64,000 nt of DNA from Octopus vulgaris (Eukaryota), in the NCBI GenBank assembly GCA_951406725.2, contig OX597817.1, forward strand, positions 110,360,001 to 110,424,000, given 5' to 3'. Position numbers and translations under genes: made by a program. Under the pieces are notes generated by a model. That model was not told the DNA's origin. It saw nothing but the letters and a program-made list of their open reading frames with translations, and ran no database searches. This document shows positions 63,661 through 64,000 of the stretch, piece after piece. Within the stretch, counting starts at the first letter, position 1. Each line of letters begins with the position of its first letter.

Positions 63661-64000
63661 ATATATACACACACTCGCACACATATATGCAAACTTATAC
63701 ACACACATCATATAAATATGTACATACATATTCTCTTATGTGCATGGACATGTATACAATTTTCATTACATAATTTGGGGGTTCTGTCTGGTTTCTGCTT
63801 CTGTCTTAGTTTGCTACTTCTCTTAAACAAATCAAGAACCCCATGGAGGACAGAGAGACTGTTTCAAAGTCATCTGATTACAGGTATCTCATTCATTTTG
63901 GTTATTTTCACTTCTTTTTATCATTTTACTTTATCCAGCTTTACCGTGTTGTCATGGTACTGCCAGTGAATAGTGTTTGGTACAACTAAGTTTGCAAATA

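Noticed and set aside
61572-63969. ORFs 61572-62036 and 63535-63969 (and similar short ORFs elsewhere, e.g. 695-1024, 50888-51316)
   Set aside because: Derived from low-complexity, microsatellite or repeat sequence; no splice-consistent structure or recognisable protein motifs.

Overview
AT-rich, repeat-dense eukaryotic (metazoan) genomic DNA. The SINE, RTE-LINE and MITE content resembles a coleoid cephalopod (Octopus-like); that assignment is inference only. Two spliced protein-coding genes lie on the + strand. The first is the last three coding exons of phosphomevalonate kinase (PMVK; 1073-1136, 2379-2676, 3645-3784). The second is a complete 10-coding-exon IFT57 (13015-35991, 412 aa, all GT-AG introns with consistent phases), preceded by a CpG-enriched promoter with an RFX X-box-like motif. 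From about 43.6 kb onward there are probable non-coding 5' exons of a third, unidentified gene whose ATG may sit at the end of exon 63153-63462. The rest is mostly transposon-derived: three tRNA-derived SINE families, RTE/CR1/REL-type LINE fragments, Gypsy, mariner and Helitron remnants, and many MITEs and palindromes. Almost all ORFs in the supplied track are spurious. The most notable signals are hammerhead ribozyme motifs from three different repeat families, including one with a compensatory G3:C8 core swap inside a TSD-flanked palindromic insertion, and an inverted SINE pair tightly bracketing a PMVK exon. Repeat boundaries were read by eye and are approximate unless TSD/TIR coordinates are given.
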